Shown: positions 18,548 through 29,713, counted from the stretch's first letter. The stretch: DNA of 64,000 nt from Acidimicrobiia bacterium (GCA_030066755.1 JASJAX010000008.1:13958-77957), one strand, 5' to 3'. Notes: generated by a model from the letters alone, not told the origin. Program-made: numbers and translations.

Positions 18548-20362
18548 ATGTCCGTTCCGTCATCTACCGCCCCGAGCGGTCTTCGTGAGGCGCTGCGTGA
18601 GGGCTTTCGCCTGATCGGCACGTTCATCAGGAACGGGCCGGTGTCGTACGCACTGGCGGCCGGTGGTGCGGCGCTGTTTGCTGCGGCGATCGTTGCGGCG
18701 GCATTCGTGATCGGCGATGTCACCGATTCGCTGATCCTGCCGGTGCTCGATGAGGGTGTGTCGAGTGAGGGTCTGCTGTGGCCGGCCATCGCCGCCGTCG
18801 TCGGCGTTGCGACGTGGAAGGCTGCCGGGATCACGCTGCGCCGCACCGCGGCCGGATGGTTGCAGTTCCGGGCACAGACCGACGCACGGATCGGTCTCAT
18901 CGATCGGCTCCTCCGCACGGAGCTTCGGTGGTACCACCGTCAATCCGTCGGTGACCTGCTGTCGGTGACGGAAACCGACGCTCGGGAGGCGACCTTCATC
19001 CTCGCTCCGCTGCCGTATGCAACCGGAGCCACCCTTCTCCTGATCGGGACCGTGGTCATGATCTTCGTGCTCGATCCGATCATCGCCCTGGTCACGCTCG
19101 GGTCGCTCGGTTCGATCATTGCTGTCGACATTCGTGGGAGCTGGTCGTCGTTCGAGGCGTTCCAGGATGTGCAGCGGTTGCGCGGCAACGTCTCGCAGGT
19201 GGGTCACGAGAGCTTCGACGGAGCTCTCACCGTCAAGGCCCTCGGGCGCGAGGCGGTCGAGACGCGCAGGTTTGAAGCGGCGTCCGAGGAGCTCCGCGAC
19301 CGGATCATCGACGTGAACCGGGTGTTCTCCACGTATCGAGTCATCGTTGAGGCAATGCTGTCGGCCGTTGCCGTTCTCGTGCTGATCGTCGGCGCGTTCC
19401 GGACACGTGCCGGCGCGGTGACGCCCGGCGATCTGGTGACGGTTGCCTACTTGCTCACCTTGCTCTTCATCCCGATTCGCATCGTGGGCTTCGTTGTCTG
19501 GGACATGTCGCATGCCCTTGCCGGGTGGCGGCGGGTCCAGCGGATTCACGAGTCCGCTGAGTTGGTTGCCTACGGAGGGCTCGATCACCGTGGCGATCCG
19601 ACCGGAGCCGAGGTCGCCGGCGAGGCGGTGGCCTTCACCTACGGCGGCGATGAGGTCATCCTCGACGGGGTCGAGCTCATCATTCCACCCGGGCAGGTCG
19701 TCGCCGTGGTTGGGCCGACGGGAGCCGGCAAGACCACGTTGGTGACCCTGCTGGCTCGCCTGTGGGATCCAACCAGTGGACAGATCACCCTGGACGGGCG
19801 TGATCTCCGGGACTTCGCAAGGTCGGCGCTTCCCGGGGAGGTGGCCTTCGTCGCGCAGGACGCGTTCCTGTTCGACGATTCGGTAGCCGGCAACATCAGA
19901 TTCGGTACGGACGCCTCGCAAACGGACGTCGACCAGGCTGCGGCGCTGGCCGGCGCAACGAGTTTCATCGACGAACTCCCGGATGGCTACGGAACTCAAC
20001 TCGGAGAACGAGGCACGTCGTTGTCGGGCGGGCAACGACAGCGAGTTGCGCTGGCCCGGGCACTTGTCCGACGGCCGCGGTTGCTCATCATGGATGACGC
20101 CACGTCGGCCGTCGACCCGTCGGTGGAGACGCAGATCCTCAAGGGCCTGCGCGATGCTGAGTTGCCGTCGACCGTGGTCATCGTGGCGTATCGACGCTCG
20201 AGCATCATGCTCGCCGACGAGGTCATCTTCCTCGATGAGGGCCGCATCGTTGGCCACGGGACCCACGCCGAGTTGATGGCGACGACGCCGGGATATGCGC
20301 AGATCCTCGAGGCCTATGAGGTCGACGCCGTGCGACGCGCCGAAGAGAACTCGCAGCCATGA
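18548..20362 (+). CDS. ABC transporter permease/ATP-binding protein (exporter type)
   Basis: Six-TM N-terminal domain plus Walker A GPTGAGKTT, signature LSGGQRQR and Walker B LLIMDDATSAVD. Confidence 0.85.
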   Translation: MSVPSSTAPSGLREALREGFRLIGTFIRNGPVSYALAAGGAALFAAAIVAAAFVIGDVTDSLILPVLDEGVSSEGLLWPAIAAVVGVATWKAAGITLRRTAAGWLQFRAQTDARIGLIDRLLRTELRWYHRQSVGDLLSVTETDAREATFILAPLPYATGATLLLIGTVVMIFVLDPIIALVTLGSLGSIIAVDIRGSWSSFEAFQDVQRLRGNVSQVGHESFDGALTVKALGREAVETRRFEAASEELRDRIIDVNRVFSTYRVIVEAMLSAVAVLVLIVGAFRTRAGAVTPGDLVTVAYLLTLLFIPIRIVGFVVWDMSHALAGWRRVQRIHESAELVAYGGLDHRGDPTGAEVAGEAVAFTYGGDEVILDGVELIIPPGQVVAVVGPTGAGKTTLVTLLARLWDPTSGQITLDGRDLRDFARSALPGEVAFVAQDAFLFDDSVAGNIRFGTDASQTDVDQAAALAGATSFIDELPDGYGTQLGERGTSLSGGQRQRVALARALVRRPRLLIMDDATSAVDPSVETQILKGLRDAELPSTVVIVAYRRSSIMLADEVIFLDEGRIVGHGTHAELMATTPGYAQILEAYEVDAVRRAEENSQP

Positions 20363-22125
20363 CCGCACGATCCCAAGAGCTCACCACCACTGCCGCCCTC
20401 CGTCGGCTCTTGGTGGAGGCGCCCCCGATGCGGCGGGGCTTGATCGTGACGCTGTTGCTTGCGGCGCTCGGAACCGGAACCCAGATCATCGTTCCGGTGG
20501 TCGTGCAGCAGATCGTCGACTACGAGCTCCTCGATCCCGCCGGCGTCGACGTCGCCGGCGCGGTTCGGCGCGGTCTGGTTGCGCTCGTCATGATGTTCGC
20601 GGCAGTCTTCGTGCGGCGAGCGTCGCTGCTGCGCCTCGTGACTGCGGCATCGACAGGATTGTCCGAGCTGCGGGTCAAGACGTTCCGCCACCTCCATCAG
20701 CTGTCCATTCTCCACGTGGAATCCGAACGCCGCGGCGTGCTCGTTGCGAGAGTGACGAGTGACCCGGCGTCCATTCAGGACTTCATGGATTGGGGAGGCG
20801 TCGGGATGGTGATCGGCGCTGCCCAGGTCCTGCTGGCGATGGCCGTGATGCTGATCTACGGATGGCAGCTCGCCGTCATGGTGTTCGTCGGCGTGCTCAT
20901 CTACGCCGTGCTCCTGGCATGGTTTCAGCGGATTCTGCAACGTGCTCATGACCAGGTCCGACTGCGGATCGCCGAGTCGTTGGCGACGATGGGTGAGGCG
21001 ATCAGCGGTCTCCCGGTGGTACGGGCGTACGGTGCCGAGTCGGCGACGCTGGACAAGGTGGAGGCGGTGCTCGAGGAGCAGTTCCGGGCCGAGTTCAAGA
21101 CCGGGCGGCTGGGCGCGTTCCTCTTCTCGAGCGCGGAGTTGTTTGCCGGGCTGATCACTGCCGTCGTCATCCTCGTCGGGGTCGTTGCGGGTGGAGGTTG
21201 GGGAATGTCTGCCGGGACCCTCCTGGCCTTCTTGTTCCTGGTGACGCTGCTGGTCGAGCCCGTGCAGACGTTGGTGGAGACGCTGGATCAGGCGCAGTCC
21301 GCCGCCGCCGGGGTTCGACGAATCCTCAACGTGTTGGACGAGGCGATCGATGTTCCTGATCCCGTCGACGGGGTGGTGCTTCCCGATGAACGCCTCGACC
21401 TCGAGTTCGAAGGCGTTCGATTCCGCTATCCGACCGGCGACGACGTGCTCCACGACATCTCGGTGCGTGTTCGGGCCGGCAGCCGGATTGCAGTGGTCGG
21501 CGAGACCGGATCGGGTAAATCGACCTTCGTGAAGCTCGCCACCCGGCTCCTCGACCCGACGGCGGGTGAGGTTCGCCTCGGTGACGTCCCGCTGACGAGA
21601 GTCACGTTCGACAGCCTCCGGGACCACGTGATCTTCGTGCCACAGGAGGGCTTCCTCTTCGACACGACGATCGCCGACAACGTGCGGTACGGGAAGCCGG
21701 GAGCGACCGCTGCCGAGGTTCAGGCGGCGTTCGAGCAACTCGAGCTCGGTGACTGGCTCGCCGGTTTGCCGGACGGCCTCCGGACCCGTGTCGGTGAGCG
21801 GGGCGGGCAGCTCTCGGCGGGGGAGCGCCAGCTCGTCGCGCTGGTTCGTGCCTGGATCGCCGATCCCGAGCTCCTCATCCTCGACGAGGCGACCTCGGCG
21901 GTGGATCCTGCACTCGAGGTGCGGCTTCGCAGGGCGATCGAGCATCTGACGGAACATCGCACGTCGATCACGGTTGCGCACCGGCTGTCGACGGCCGAGG
22001 CGAGCGACGAGGTGCTCGTCTTCGACGGGGGCCGTATCGTCGAGCGAGGCAGCCATCACGACTTAGCGGACAGTGGGGGGGTCTACGCGGCGCTGCACGC
22101 CGACTGGATGAGTTCGACGGGCTAG
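20359..22125 (+). CDS. ABC transporter permease/ATP-binding protein; partner of the previous gene (heterodimeric exporter)
   Basis: ATGA overlap. Walker A GETGSGKST, signature LSAGERQL and Walker B ILDEATSAVD. Confidence 0.85.
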   Translation: MTARSQELTTTAALRRLLVEAPPMRRGLIVTLLLAALGTGTQIIVPVVVQQIVDYELLDPAGVDVAGAVRRGLVALVMMFAAVFVRRASLLRLVTAASTGLSELRVKTFRHLHQLSILHVESERRGVLVARVTSDPASIQDFMDWGGVGMVIGAAQVLLAMAVMLIYGWQLAVMVFVGVLIYAVLLAWFQRILQRAHDQVRLRIAESLATMGEAISGLPVVRAYGAESATLDKVEAVLEEQFRAEFKTGRLGAFLFSSAELFAGLITAVVILVGVVAGGGWGMSAGTLLAFLFLVTLLVEPVQTLVETLDQAQSAAAGVRRILNVLDEAIDVPDPVDGVVLPDERLDLEFEGVRFRYPTGDDVLHDISVRVRAGSRIAVVGETGSGKSTFVKLATRLLDPTAGEVRLGDVPLTRVTFDSLRDHVIFVPQEGFLFDTTIADNVRYGKPGATAAEVQAAFEQLELGDWLAGLPDGLRTRVGERGGQLSAGERQLVALVRAWIADPELLILDEATSAVDPALEVRLRRAIEHLTEHRTSITVAHRLSTAEASDEVLVFDGGRIVERGSHHDLADSGGVYAALHADWMSSTG

Positions 22126-22138
22126 GACGTTCGCCGGG

Positions 22139-23278
22139 CTACAAGATCCGTTTCGCCACGATCTCCTTCATGATCTCGGTGGTCCCGCCGCCGATGCTGA
22201 GGATCCGATTGTCCCGGTAGAGCCGCTCCACCAGGTACTCGCGCATGTAGCCGTAGCCGCCGAAGATCTGAACGGCCTCGTGGGTGACGAAGTCGCTCGC
22301 CTCCGTCGAGAAGATCTTCGCCATCGACACCTCAGTCACCTGGTCTTCACCCTCGGCCATCCGCGCCGCAACCCGGTAGGTGTACTCGCGACTCACCTCG
22401 ACCTTGGTCGCCATGTCCACGAGCTTGTGGCGGAGCACTTGGAATCCGGCAAGGGGCCGACCGAACGCCTCACGTTCAGTCACGTACGCGAGGCACGCCT
22501 GCAACGCCAGCTCAGCTGTGATGTTGGCAACGATCGACATCTGGAGCCGTTCCTTCTGGAAGTTCTCCATGATGGCGATGAACCCCATGTTCTCCGGCCC
22601 GATGAGGTTGGCTCTCGGCACCCGGCAGTCGTCGAAGAACAGCTCTGCGGTGTCGGATGCCCACCAGCCCATCTTCTTCAACGGCTCGGATCGGCTGAAC
22701 CCCGGCGTCTCCGCTTCGATGACGAGGAGGGAGATGCCGCTGTGGCCCTCGCCACCCGTGCGAACCGCAACCGTGTACTGGTCGGCCCGGCAGCCACTTG
22801 TGATGAAGGTCTTGGCGCCGTTGACGAGGTACTCGTCGCCGTAGCGCACCGCCGTCGTGCTGAGGCCGGCGACGTCCGATCCGCCGCCCGGTTCGGTCAC
22901 CGCGAGCGCAGCGATCCGCTCGCCGGAGAGCACGCTCGGGAGAAACCGTTCCTTCTGCTCGTCTGTACCGAACTTCAGGATCGGGGGGAGCGCGATGTGC
23001 AACGACCCCAGGCTCGCCCCGAGGCCTCCGGAGCCGGATCGAGCGATCTCCTCCCAAGCAACGACCTGCATGAAGAGGTCGCCCGGGGAGCCGCCGTACT
23101 CGGCGGGATAGCCGACTCCGAGGATCCCGATCTCGGCCGCCCGCCGGTAGAGATCACGGGGGAAGGTTCCCGCCTCCTCCCATTCATCGACGTTGGGAAG
23201 GATCTCTGCAGCGACCCATTGCCGGGCCGTTCGGCGGATCAACTCGTGGTCGTCGGTGAAGTAGCGGTCGAACCCCAT
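22139..23278 (-). CDS. Acyl-CoA dehydrogenase
   Basis: ACAD N-terminal, middle and C-terminal patterns are present. The start was chosen at MGFDRYF.. (TGATG overlap with the upstream stop). Confidence 0.8.
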   Translation of the reverse strand: MGFDRYFTDDHELIRRTARQWVAAEILPNVDEWEEAGTFPRDLYRRAAEIGILGVGYPAEYGGSPGDLFMQVVAWEEIARSGSGGLGASLGSLHIALPPILKFGTDEQKERFLPSVLSGERIAALAVTEPGGGSDVAGLSTTAVRYGDEYLVNGAKTFITSGCRADQYTVAVRTGGEGHSGISLLVIEAETPGFSRSEPLKKMGWWASDTAELFFDDCRVPRANLIGPENMGFIAIMENFQKERLQMSIVANITAELALQACLAYVTEREAFGRPLAGFQVLRHKLVDMATKVEVSREYTYRVAARMAEGEDQVTEVSMAKIFSTEASDFVTHEAVQIFGGYGYMREYLVERLYRDNRILSIGGGTTEIMKEIVAKRIL

Positions 23279-23790
23279 CAGGCGGGGAGCTCCCACTCCT
23301 TGCCCTTGAAGTGCCTGGGTTGGAGCACAAACGCCAGATCGCCGCGAACCGCCGGGAGGCGGCTCCAGCTGTCGACGAGCAGGTCAATACCAACAATGGT
23401 TCCGGTCTTGACCGTGACGGCTCCACCGGTCAGGTGATACGCCAATGCGCTCCATGTCGGCTCGTGGCCTACCAGCATGAGTGAGTCGTGGTCGTCCGAC
23501 GTGCCCCTCGCGACATCGAGGGCGCCGCTGGGAGACGTCCCGTACAACGCATCGGTCACCTCGACGCTGGTGGGCCAGTCGCCGGCTTCGACGGCCAGTT
23601 CCAGCGTGGTGCGTGCGCGAACCGCTGACGACGTGATCGCGTGGTCGGGCACGAGATCGGAGCGTGCAAGGACCAAGCCCATGGTCTTGGCGGCCTTCAC
23701 GCCGCGTTTGCTCAGAGGCCGCTCATGGTCCGACCCGAACGGGGCGTCCCAGTCGGACTTGCCGTGGCGAAACAGGATCAGTCGTCGCAT
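23278..23790 (-). CDS. Histidine phosphatase family protein (SixA-like)
   Basis: RHG catalytic motif LILFRHGKSDW. 170 aa. Confidence 0.7.
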   Translation of the reverse strand: MRRLILFRHGKSDWDAPFGSDHERPLSKRGVKAAKTMGLVLARSDLVPDHAITSSAVRARTTLELAVEAGDWPTSVEVTDALYGTSPSGALDVARGTSDDHDSLMLVGHEPTWSALAYHLTGGAVTVKTGTIVGIDLLVDSWSRLPAVRGDLAFVLQPRHFKGKEWELPA

Positions 23791-23814
23791 GATCTCCCGC
23801 TAAGTTCGGAGTTG

Positions 23815-24225
23815 ATGATCGAGTATCGCACCAATGTCGACGGCATCACACCGGATCAGCTCGAGGGGCCGTTCTTCGTCGGGTGGCCGAATCCTCCGAG
23901 CCCGGCCACCCATCTCCGTGTGCTCGACGGCAGCGCCCATGTCGTGGTGGCCGTGGACGAGTCGAACCAGCAGGTTGTCGGGTTCATCAACGCCATCACC
24001 GATGGCGTCTTCATGGCGTTCATCCCCCTGCTCGAGGTCGTACCCGAGTACCAGGGGCGCGGCATCGGGAGCGAGCTGGTACGCCGGCTCCTGGAGCTAC
24101 TCGATGGTTTCTACACCGTGGATGCGATGACCGACCCCGAGCTGCAGCCCTTCTACCGCCACCTCGGGCTCGAAGCGGCACACGGTGTTGCGCTGCGTGA
24201 TTACGAGCGTCAGTCGGGGGAGTGA
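23815..24225 (+). CDS. GNAT-family N-acetyltransferase
   Basis: Acetyl-CoA binding motif EYQGRGIGSELVRRLLE. Confidence 0.7.
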   Translation: MIEYRTNVDGITPDQLEGPFFVGWPNPPSPATHLRVLDGSAHVVVAVDESNQQVVGFINAITDGVFMAFIPLLEVVPEYQGRGIGSELVRRLLELLDGFYTVDAMTDPELQPFYRHLGLEAAHGVALRDYERQSGE

Positions 24226-24231
24226 GCTCGG

Positions 24232-25068
24232 TCAGCCGGCGGTGCCGATGGCGAGGAGATGTGGGCTGACACCGATGATGCTCGGTTCGCTCGCGACACG
24301 ATCCATCAGGTCGAGCAGCTTGGCACGCCGCTGCGGGTCGGCGAGCCGGTCCGCGAAATCGGGCGCCAGCCAAGCGATGCCCTCGACCGCATGAACCGCC
24401 ACGTGTTCGAAGCCGGCGTCGACGAGTTCCTGGGTGAGCTCGTCGGCGAGGTGGAAGTAGGCCGTCGTGAAGTAGGCCGGGTCGTTGGTCGGGTTGTGGT
24501 GTCGACCCGTCGCGATCGCCTCCTCGACCATGACCGAGAACGCCGGGTCGTCGATGAATCCCCGGTCGAGACCGTCGATGGTGGAGGCGAACCGTCCGAT
24601 CGCAGCTGCGGCGATCACTCCTCCCGGGCGTACCACCCGATGCGCCTCGGCTAGGGCCGCAAGTCGGTGACCACGCTCCTGCAGGTGGTAGAGCGGCCCC
24701 ATCAAGAGCACAGCGTTGGCCGTATCGGTCTCGAGCGCGACCGCCCTCGCATCGGCGACGGTCGCCGAGGCGAGCATCACCCCGGAAGCTGCGGCACGTT
24801 CGAGTGCTTGGTCGACGTGGTGGGGGACCGGGTCGATCGCGTGCACGGTGTAGCCGCGCTGGGCGAGCCACACGGAGTAGACCCCAGGCCCGCTTCCGAT
24901 GTCGACGATGGTGGCCGGTGGCGCAGGGAGTGTGCGCTCCAGGAGATGCTGCGTGCGGAGCCGTTCCAGGATTCCGAACGACTCCTCGGCGAGTCGTGAC
25001 GACTCGTCGTACCGGTCGTAGTGGGCGATGATCTCCGGTGGCGTGATCGGTGGGTCCTGCTCGACCAT
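24232..25068 (-). CDS. Class I SAM-dependent methyltransferase
   Basis: Motif I VDIGSGPGVYSVWLAQRG and acidic motif II. Confidence 0.75.
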   Translation of the reverse strand: MVEQDPPITPPEIIAHYDRYDESSRLAEESFGILERLRTQHLLERTLPAPPATIVDIGSGPGVYSVWLAQRGYTVHAIDPVPHHVDQALERAAASGVMLASATVADARAVALETDTANAVLLMGPLYHLQERGHRLAALAEAHRVVRPGGVIAAAAIGRFASTIDGLDRGFIDDPAFSVMVEEAIATGRHHNPTNDPAYFTTAYFHLADELTQELVDAGFEHVAVHAVEGIAWLAPDFADRLADPQRRAKLLDLMDRVASEPSIIGVSPHLLAIGTAG

Positions 25069-25070
25069 CG

Positions 25071-25700
25071 TCAGCCTCCCGCGGACCATGCCAGCAGCAG
25101 CTGGCCGACGTAGTAGAGCGGGAGTCCGGTCAGACGGTTGATGCGACCCGGGGTGACGAAACGGTCCCGCGCAACGTAGATGTCGGACACGTAGAAGAGG
25201 GCGGCACCCATCAGGATCCTCCAGTCCGCTGCAGAACCCTGGGTTCCGGCGGCCGTCAGCAACATCGCAGAGATCACCGCCATGTAGGCGATCACCGGGA
25301 TGCGCATCGCATCATCGAGATGTGGCAACAGCCAGGGAGCGATCACGATGGCGGCGGCTCCGGTAACGATCACGCCGGCGATCATCCAGCCCGGGGATTG
25401 ACCGCGGACGACGAAGGCAACCACGTACGCCACGTGCCCGAAGAGAAACGAGACGAGACCGAGCAGAAAGGCCCGGTCGCTGCGAAACGTCAGGAGCAGA
25501 TCCCCTGTCCACGACAGCAGGAGGCCGATGACGACCAGAGTGCCGAAAGTCGAGTCGAAGGCGCCGGCGACGATGGCAACGGCGATGAATCCGGTCGATG
25601 CGGCCATCTTGGCAACCCGAGACCGCTCACGTGAGTGCGGCTCCAGCGCAAGCGTCACCCCGGTGGCGACGATGGTGACGACGGCAGCCAACCAGCCCAT
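25071..25700 (-). CDS. YhhN/lysoplasmalogenase-family membrane protein
   Basis: 209 aa, multi-TM, with YhhN-like conserved HVAY and FYVSD motifs. Confidence 0.65.
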   Translation of the reverse strand: MGWLAAVVTIVATGVTLALEPHSRERSRVAKMAASTGFIAVAIVAGAFDSTFGTLVVIGLLLSWTGDLLLTFRSDRAFLLGLVSFLFGHVAYVVAFVVRGQSPGWMIAGVIVTGAAAIVIAPWLLPHLDDAMRIPVIAYMAVISAMLLTAAGTQGSAADWRILMGAALFYVSDIYVARDRFVTPGRINRLTGLPLYYVGQLLLAWSAGG

Positions 25701-25707
25701 GGGCAGA

Positions 25708-26256
25708 TCAGGCCTCGGCCTCGGTCATCCAGCCTGCCGGATATGCAGTCACGAGTCCGTGCTCGTTGATCGTGAGGTCTGCTGAGTAGGCCCCGCTTCG
25801 GTAGCGATAGCGGCGCTCGGCGAGGCGCTCGTAGGTCTGCGTGACCTTCTCGATGTCGCGTTGGGGGAAGTCGATGCGTATCGCCGTGATCTGGGCAGAC
25901 TCCCCGACCTCGAGCGCCAGGCGTTTGATCGGCAACGTGTTCGTCCCGGGCGTGAAGCCGAGATCGACGTCGGTCGCCCCGTACATCTCGAGTACCGGGG
26001 TATCACCCGCCGACCAGGTGCCGGAGCCATCGGTCGTCAACGCGAGTGTCCGATCGTTTTCGCCACCGTGGACGTTGATGCCGACGGAGATGGGCTGCCA
26101 TGCATGGTCGGTGGCGATCGTGTAGCGGATCTCGTACGGAGCCGAGTCGTCGACGAGCAACACCGTGCCGGCCAGCCGATGCCCCGTCGCCGTGTCGTCG
26201 AGCGTGCAATGCTCGTAGCTCGTCCGGTCGATGCGTCGCCACAGGATTCGTGCCAT
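25708..26256 (-). CDS. Hypothetical protein (putative glycolipid-binding-domain family)
   Basis: 182 aa. Family assignment is tentative. Confidence 0.4.
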   Translation of the reverse strand: MARILWRRIDRTSYEHCTLDDTATGHRLAGTVLLVDDSAPYEIRYTIATDHAWQPISVGINVHGGENDRTLALTTDGSGTWSAGDTPVLEMYGATDVDLGFTPGTNTLPIKRLALEVGESAQITAIRIDFPQRDIEKVTQTYERLAERRYRYRSGAYSADLTINEHGLVTAYPAGWMTEAEA

Positions 26257-26345
26257 GGAGCGAGCATATCGTCCCTGCCATCAGACTCGGTGACAGGGAT
26301 ACCATGGGCCGACGACCGGCTGATCGAAAGGACACGGCCTTGGCG

Positions 26346-26843
26346 ATGGATGCGAAGCTTGAAGCCGCCTACAACGCACAGATCACCATGGAGTACGGCT
26401 CGGCGTATGCCTACCTCGCCATGGGAGCCTGGCTCGAGGCGGAGGGTCTTCCCGGCATGGCGCTGTGGATGCGCCTGCAAGCCGACGAGGAGACCGAACA
26501 CGCGCTGAAGTTCTACCAGTTCGTGCTCGACCGCGGTGGACGAGTCGAGCTCGGAGCGATCGATGCCCCGGTGGCCGACTTCGAACGGCCCCTCGACGTC
26601 TTCCGGAGATCCCTCCAGCAGGAGCAGGCAGTCACGGCGTCGATCAACGAGCTCTACGCACTGGCGGTCCAGTCGAACGACTTCGCGTCGATTCCTTTGC
26701 TCGATTGGTTCGTCAACGAGCAGGTCGAGGAAGAAGCCACCGTGCAGCAGATCATCGATGATCTCGAGCGCGCCGGCGACGCCGGCCACACCCTGCTCAT
26801 GCTCGATCGAGAACTCGGAGCTCGCCAGCCCGAGGAGGATTGA
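26346..26843 (+). CDS. Ferritin-like protein (non-heme ferritin)
   Basis: Ferroxidase-centre ligands in EYGSAYAYLAMGAW, DEETEHALKF and QEQAVTASINELY. Confidence 0.8.
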   Translation: MDAKLEAAYNAQITMEYGSAYAYLAMGAWLEAEGLPGMALWMRLQADEETEHALKFYQFVLDRGGRVELGAIDAPVADFERPLDVFRRSLQQEQAVTASINELYALAVQSNDFASIPLLDWFVNEQVEEEATVQQIIDDLERAGDAGHTLLMLDRELGARQPEED

Positions 26844-26844
26844 G

Positions 26845-27966
26845 CTACAGCCGCTCCACGACGTAGTCGACGGCCGCGGTGAGGATTTCCGCATCCTTCG
26901 GAGGCACGTTCGGGAACGTTGCGAACCGGAGTTGGTTGAGGCCCAGCTTGCGATACGAGCCGGTGTCGACGATGCCGTTTGCCCGCAGCACGCCGCCGAC
27001 CGTATCGGCTGAGATGTGGTCCGGGAAGTTCACGGTCGCCACGGTCGGGCTGCGATGGGCCGGGTCGGCAACGAACGGCCAGGCGTATTCGGATGCCTCG
27101 GCCCACGAGTAGATGTGTCCCGACGTGGTTGCGGCGCGCTCCGCTGCCCAGCTGAGCCCGCCGAGCTGCAGCATCCACTCGACTTGCTCGGCCAACAGAT
27201 AGAGGGTGGCGATCGCCGGCGTGTTGTAGGTCTGGTCCTTGCGGGAGTTGTCGAGAGCGATCCGCAGATCGAGGAAGGCCGGGCACCACCGTTCCGACGC
27301 AGCGAGTTCCTCGATCCGAACCACGGCCGCTGGGCTCATGAGCGAAATCCACAGCCCGCCGTCGGATCCGAGCGCCTTCTGCGGCGAGAAGTAGTAGGCG
27401 TCGAAAGTCGCTGGGTCCGTCTCGATCGCACCGGCTGCCGACGTGGCGTCGACGAGGACCATGGCATCGCCGTCCGTTGGCCGCACGATCGGCATGGCGA
27501 CCCCGGTCGAGGTCTCGTTGTGGGTGAGGGCATAGGCGTCGACATCGCTGTTGGCGACGGGCATGGGGTGCGTCCCGACTGGCGACTCGATGACCTCCGG
27601 ATCGTCGAGGTGAGGCGCCGCGCGGACGACATCGACGAATTTCGAAGAGAACACGCCGAACGCACAGTGCTGGCTGCGACGTCGGATCAAGCCAAACGAG
27701 GCTGCATCCCAGAAGGCGGTCGCTCCACCGATACCCATCACAACCTCGTAGTCGTTCGGCAGGTCGTACAGGCGCCGCAACCCCGTCTTGACCCGGTGCA
27801 CGAGCTGCTTGACCGGTGCTTGGCGGTGGCTGGTGCCCATGATCGAGGTGCCGGAGATGCCAAGGCCAACCAACGCTTCGGAGCGAACGCGAGAGGGACC
27901 GGCGCCGAAGCGCCCGTCGGCAGGTATCAGGTCGTCGGGGAGTTTGATGTCGGGGTGCGTATCCAT
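26845..27966 (-). CDS. serC: Phosphoserine aminotransferase (actinobacterial type)
   Basis: 373 aa, conserved with mycobacterial SerC (..[12 protein letters not shown].., PLP-fold). Confidence 0.8.
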   Translation of the reverse strand: MDTHPDIKLPDDLIPADGRFGAGPSRVRSEALVGLGISGTSIMGTSHRQAPVKQLVHRVKTGLRRLYDLPNDYEVVMGIGGATAFWDAASFGLIRRRSQHCAFGVFSSKFVDVVRAAPHLDDPEVIESPVGTHPMPVANSDVDAYALTHNETSTGVAMPIVRPTDGDAMVLVDATSAAGAIETDPATFDAYYFSPQKALGSDGGLWISLMSPAAVVRIEELAASERWCPAFLDLRIALDNSRKDQTYNTPAIATLYLLAEQVEWMLQLGGLSWAAERAATTSGHIYSWAEASEYAWPFVADPAHRSPTVATVNFPDHISADTVGGVLRANGIVDTGSYRKLGLNQLRFATFPNVPPKDAEILTAAVDYVVERL

Positions 27967-28031
27967 GGTCCTGCGATTCGGTAGGGTGCGGGCCGCAGTA
28001 CATATGCCGTACCCGCAGGAGGGTAGTGACC

Positions 28032-29243
28032 ATGAGCACCTCGCCGATCTCCGGGGTCTCCCAAAGAGCCAGCAACGTCGCCGTGTCGGCCACGATGGCG
28101 ATCACCGCCAAGGCCAACGAGCTGAAGGCACAAGGCCGTCCGGTCATCGGCTACGGCGCCGGCGAGCCCGACTTCCCGACGCCCCGGTACATCGTGGAGG
28201 CTGCGCTCGAGGCGGCCGGTGACGAGCGGTATCACCACTACACCGCCGCCGCGGGGCTGGCATCACTCAAAGACGCCGTCGCCGCAAAGACGATGCGGGA
28301 TTCTGGTTTCGCGGTCGATCCGAGCCAGGTCGTCATCACCAACGGCGGCAAGCACGCCGTGTATGCCACCTGCCAAGCCTTGATCGACGCCGGGGACGAG
28401 GTCCTTCTCCCGGCTCCGTACTGGGTGAGCTATCCCGAGATGGTCAAGCTCGCCGACGGCGTCCCGGTTGAGATCGCAACCGACGAGACGACCAACTTCC
28501 AGGTCACCGTCGACCAGCTCGAAGCCGCTCGAACGGACAAGACGAAGATGTTGGTGTTCGTGTCGCCGTCGAACCCGACCGGGTCGGTCTACGCCCCTGA
28601 TGCGATCGCCGCGATCGGTGCCTGGGCGGCCGAACACGGTATCTGGGTGATGACGGACGAGATCTACGAGCACCTCGTCTACGGGGACACACAGTTCGCC
28701 TCGCTTCCGGTGGTTGCCCCAGAGGCGGCGGACCGTACCGTGATCGTCAACGGCGTCGCCAAGACGTATGCGATGACCGGGTGGCGGGTCGGCTGGATGA
28801 TCGCTCCGGCGGAGGTCGCCAAGGCCGGTATGAAGCTCCAGTCGCACATGACGTCGAACGTCAACAACATCGCCCAGATCGCAGCACTGGCTGCCGTGTC
28901 CGGGCCGCTCGACGCCGTCCATGAGATGCGAGATGCGTTCGACCGGCGGCGTCGCAAGATGTTCGACATCCTCTCGGGGATCGACGGCGTGGTGTGCCCG
29001 GAGCCGCAAGGTGCGTTCTACGCCTTCCCCTCGCTCCGGGGTCTCCTGGGGCGGCCGCTCAACGGACGAACCGCCGACACCACGCTCGACCTCGCGGCGC
29101 TGCTGCTCGAGGAGATCGAGATCGCGATCGTGCCTGGAGAGGCATTCGGCGCACCCGGCTATGCCCGCTTCTCGTTTGCCATGAGCGACGACGACATGGT
29201 GGAAGGGCTCACCCGGCTCGCCGACCTGGTTGCGAAGGGGTAG
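28032..29243 (+). CDS. PLP-dependent class I aminotransferase (aspartate aminotransferase-like)
   Basis: AGGAGGG RBS. Conserved SPSNPTG and [11 protein letters not shown] (PLP lysine) motifs. Confidence 0.85.
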   Translation: MSTSPISGVSQRASNVAVSATMAITAKANELKAQGRPVIGYGAGEPDFPTPRYIVEAALEAAGDERYHHYTAAAGLASLKDAVAAKTMRDSGFAVDPSQVVITNGGKHAVYATCQALIDAGDEVLLPAPYWVSYPEMVKLADGVPVEIATDETTNFQVTVDQLEAARTDKTKMLVFVSPSNPTGSVYAPDAIAAIGAWAAEHGIWVMTDEIYEHLVYGDTQFASLPVVAPEAADRTVIVNGVAKTYAMTGWRVGWMIAPAEVAKAGMKLQSHMTSNVNNIAQIAALAAVSGPLDAVHEMRDAFDRRRRKMFDILSGIDGVVCPEPQGAFYAFPSLRGLLGRPLNGRTADTTLDLAALLLEEIEIAIVPGEAFGAPGYARFSFAMSDDDMVEGLTRLADLVAKG

Positions 29244-29254
29244 GAGAGGTCCCC

Positions 29255-29713
29255 GTGGACCTCGATGCCTTCATTGCCACCCACGGTCCGAGGACTGTGG
29301 TCGAAGCGATCGAGTGGCTCGAGGCCAACGGTTTCCACCGGACTCGTGCGATCGGGGGTGCCGATACGAGCTTCGGCAACGTGTCGGTGACCTACGTTCG
29401 CGATGCGACCACGGTGCTGATGGTCCGTGACCGGGGCCAGTGGTCGTGCGATCTGCGGTTCGACGACATCGACCAACCGTTCGATCTGGGCTTGATCGCC
29501 GCAGCGCGACGCGGCGATGTGTCATGGACGTACCGGCCCCACGTCGAGGGTGAGCCGATGGCGATACTCCTCACGGGCGACATCGATTGGCCTGCGGAGC
29601 TGGATGCCGGGTTGGCGTGGGTCGCCGCAGATCGATCTGCCCCCGGTGCGTTGATTGCGGAACGGGAGCGTCGGTCAGAGCAGCTCAGAGCTCGTTTCCC
29701 CTGGGCCCCATAG
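29255..29713 (+). CDS. Hypothetical protein
   Basis: About 152 aa of clean coding composition with a GTG start just after the upstream stop. No family recognised. Confidence 0.4.
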   Translation: MDLDAFIATHGPRTVVEAIEWLEANGFHRTRAIGGADTSFGNVSVTYVRDATTVLMVRDRGQWSCDLRFDDIDQPFDLGLIAAARRGDVSWTYRPHVEGEPMAILLTGDIDWPAELDAGLAWVAADRSAPGALIAERERRSEQLRARFPWAP

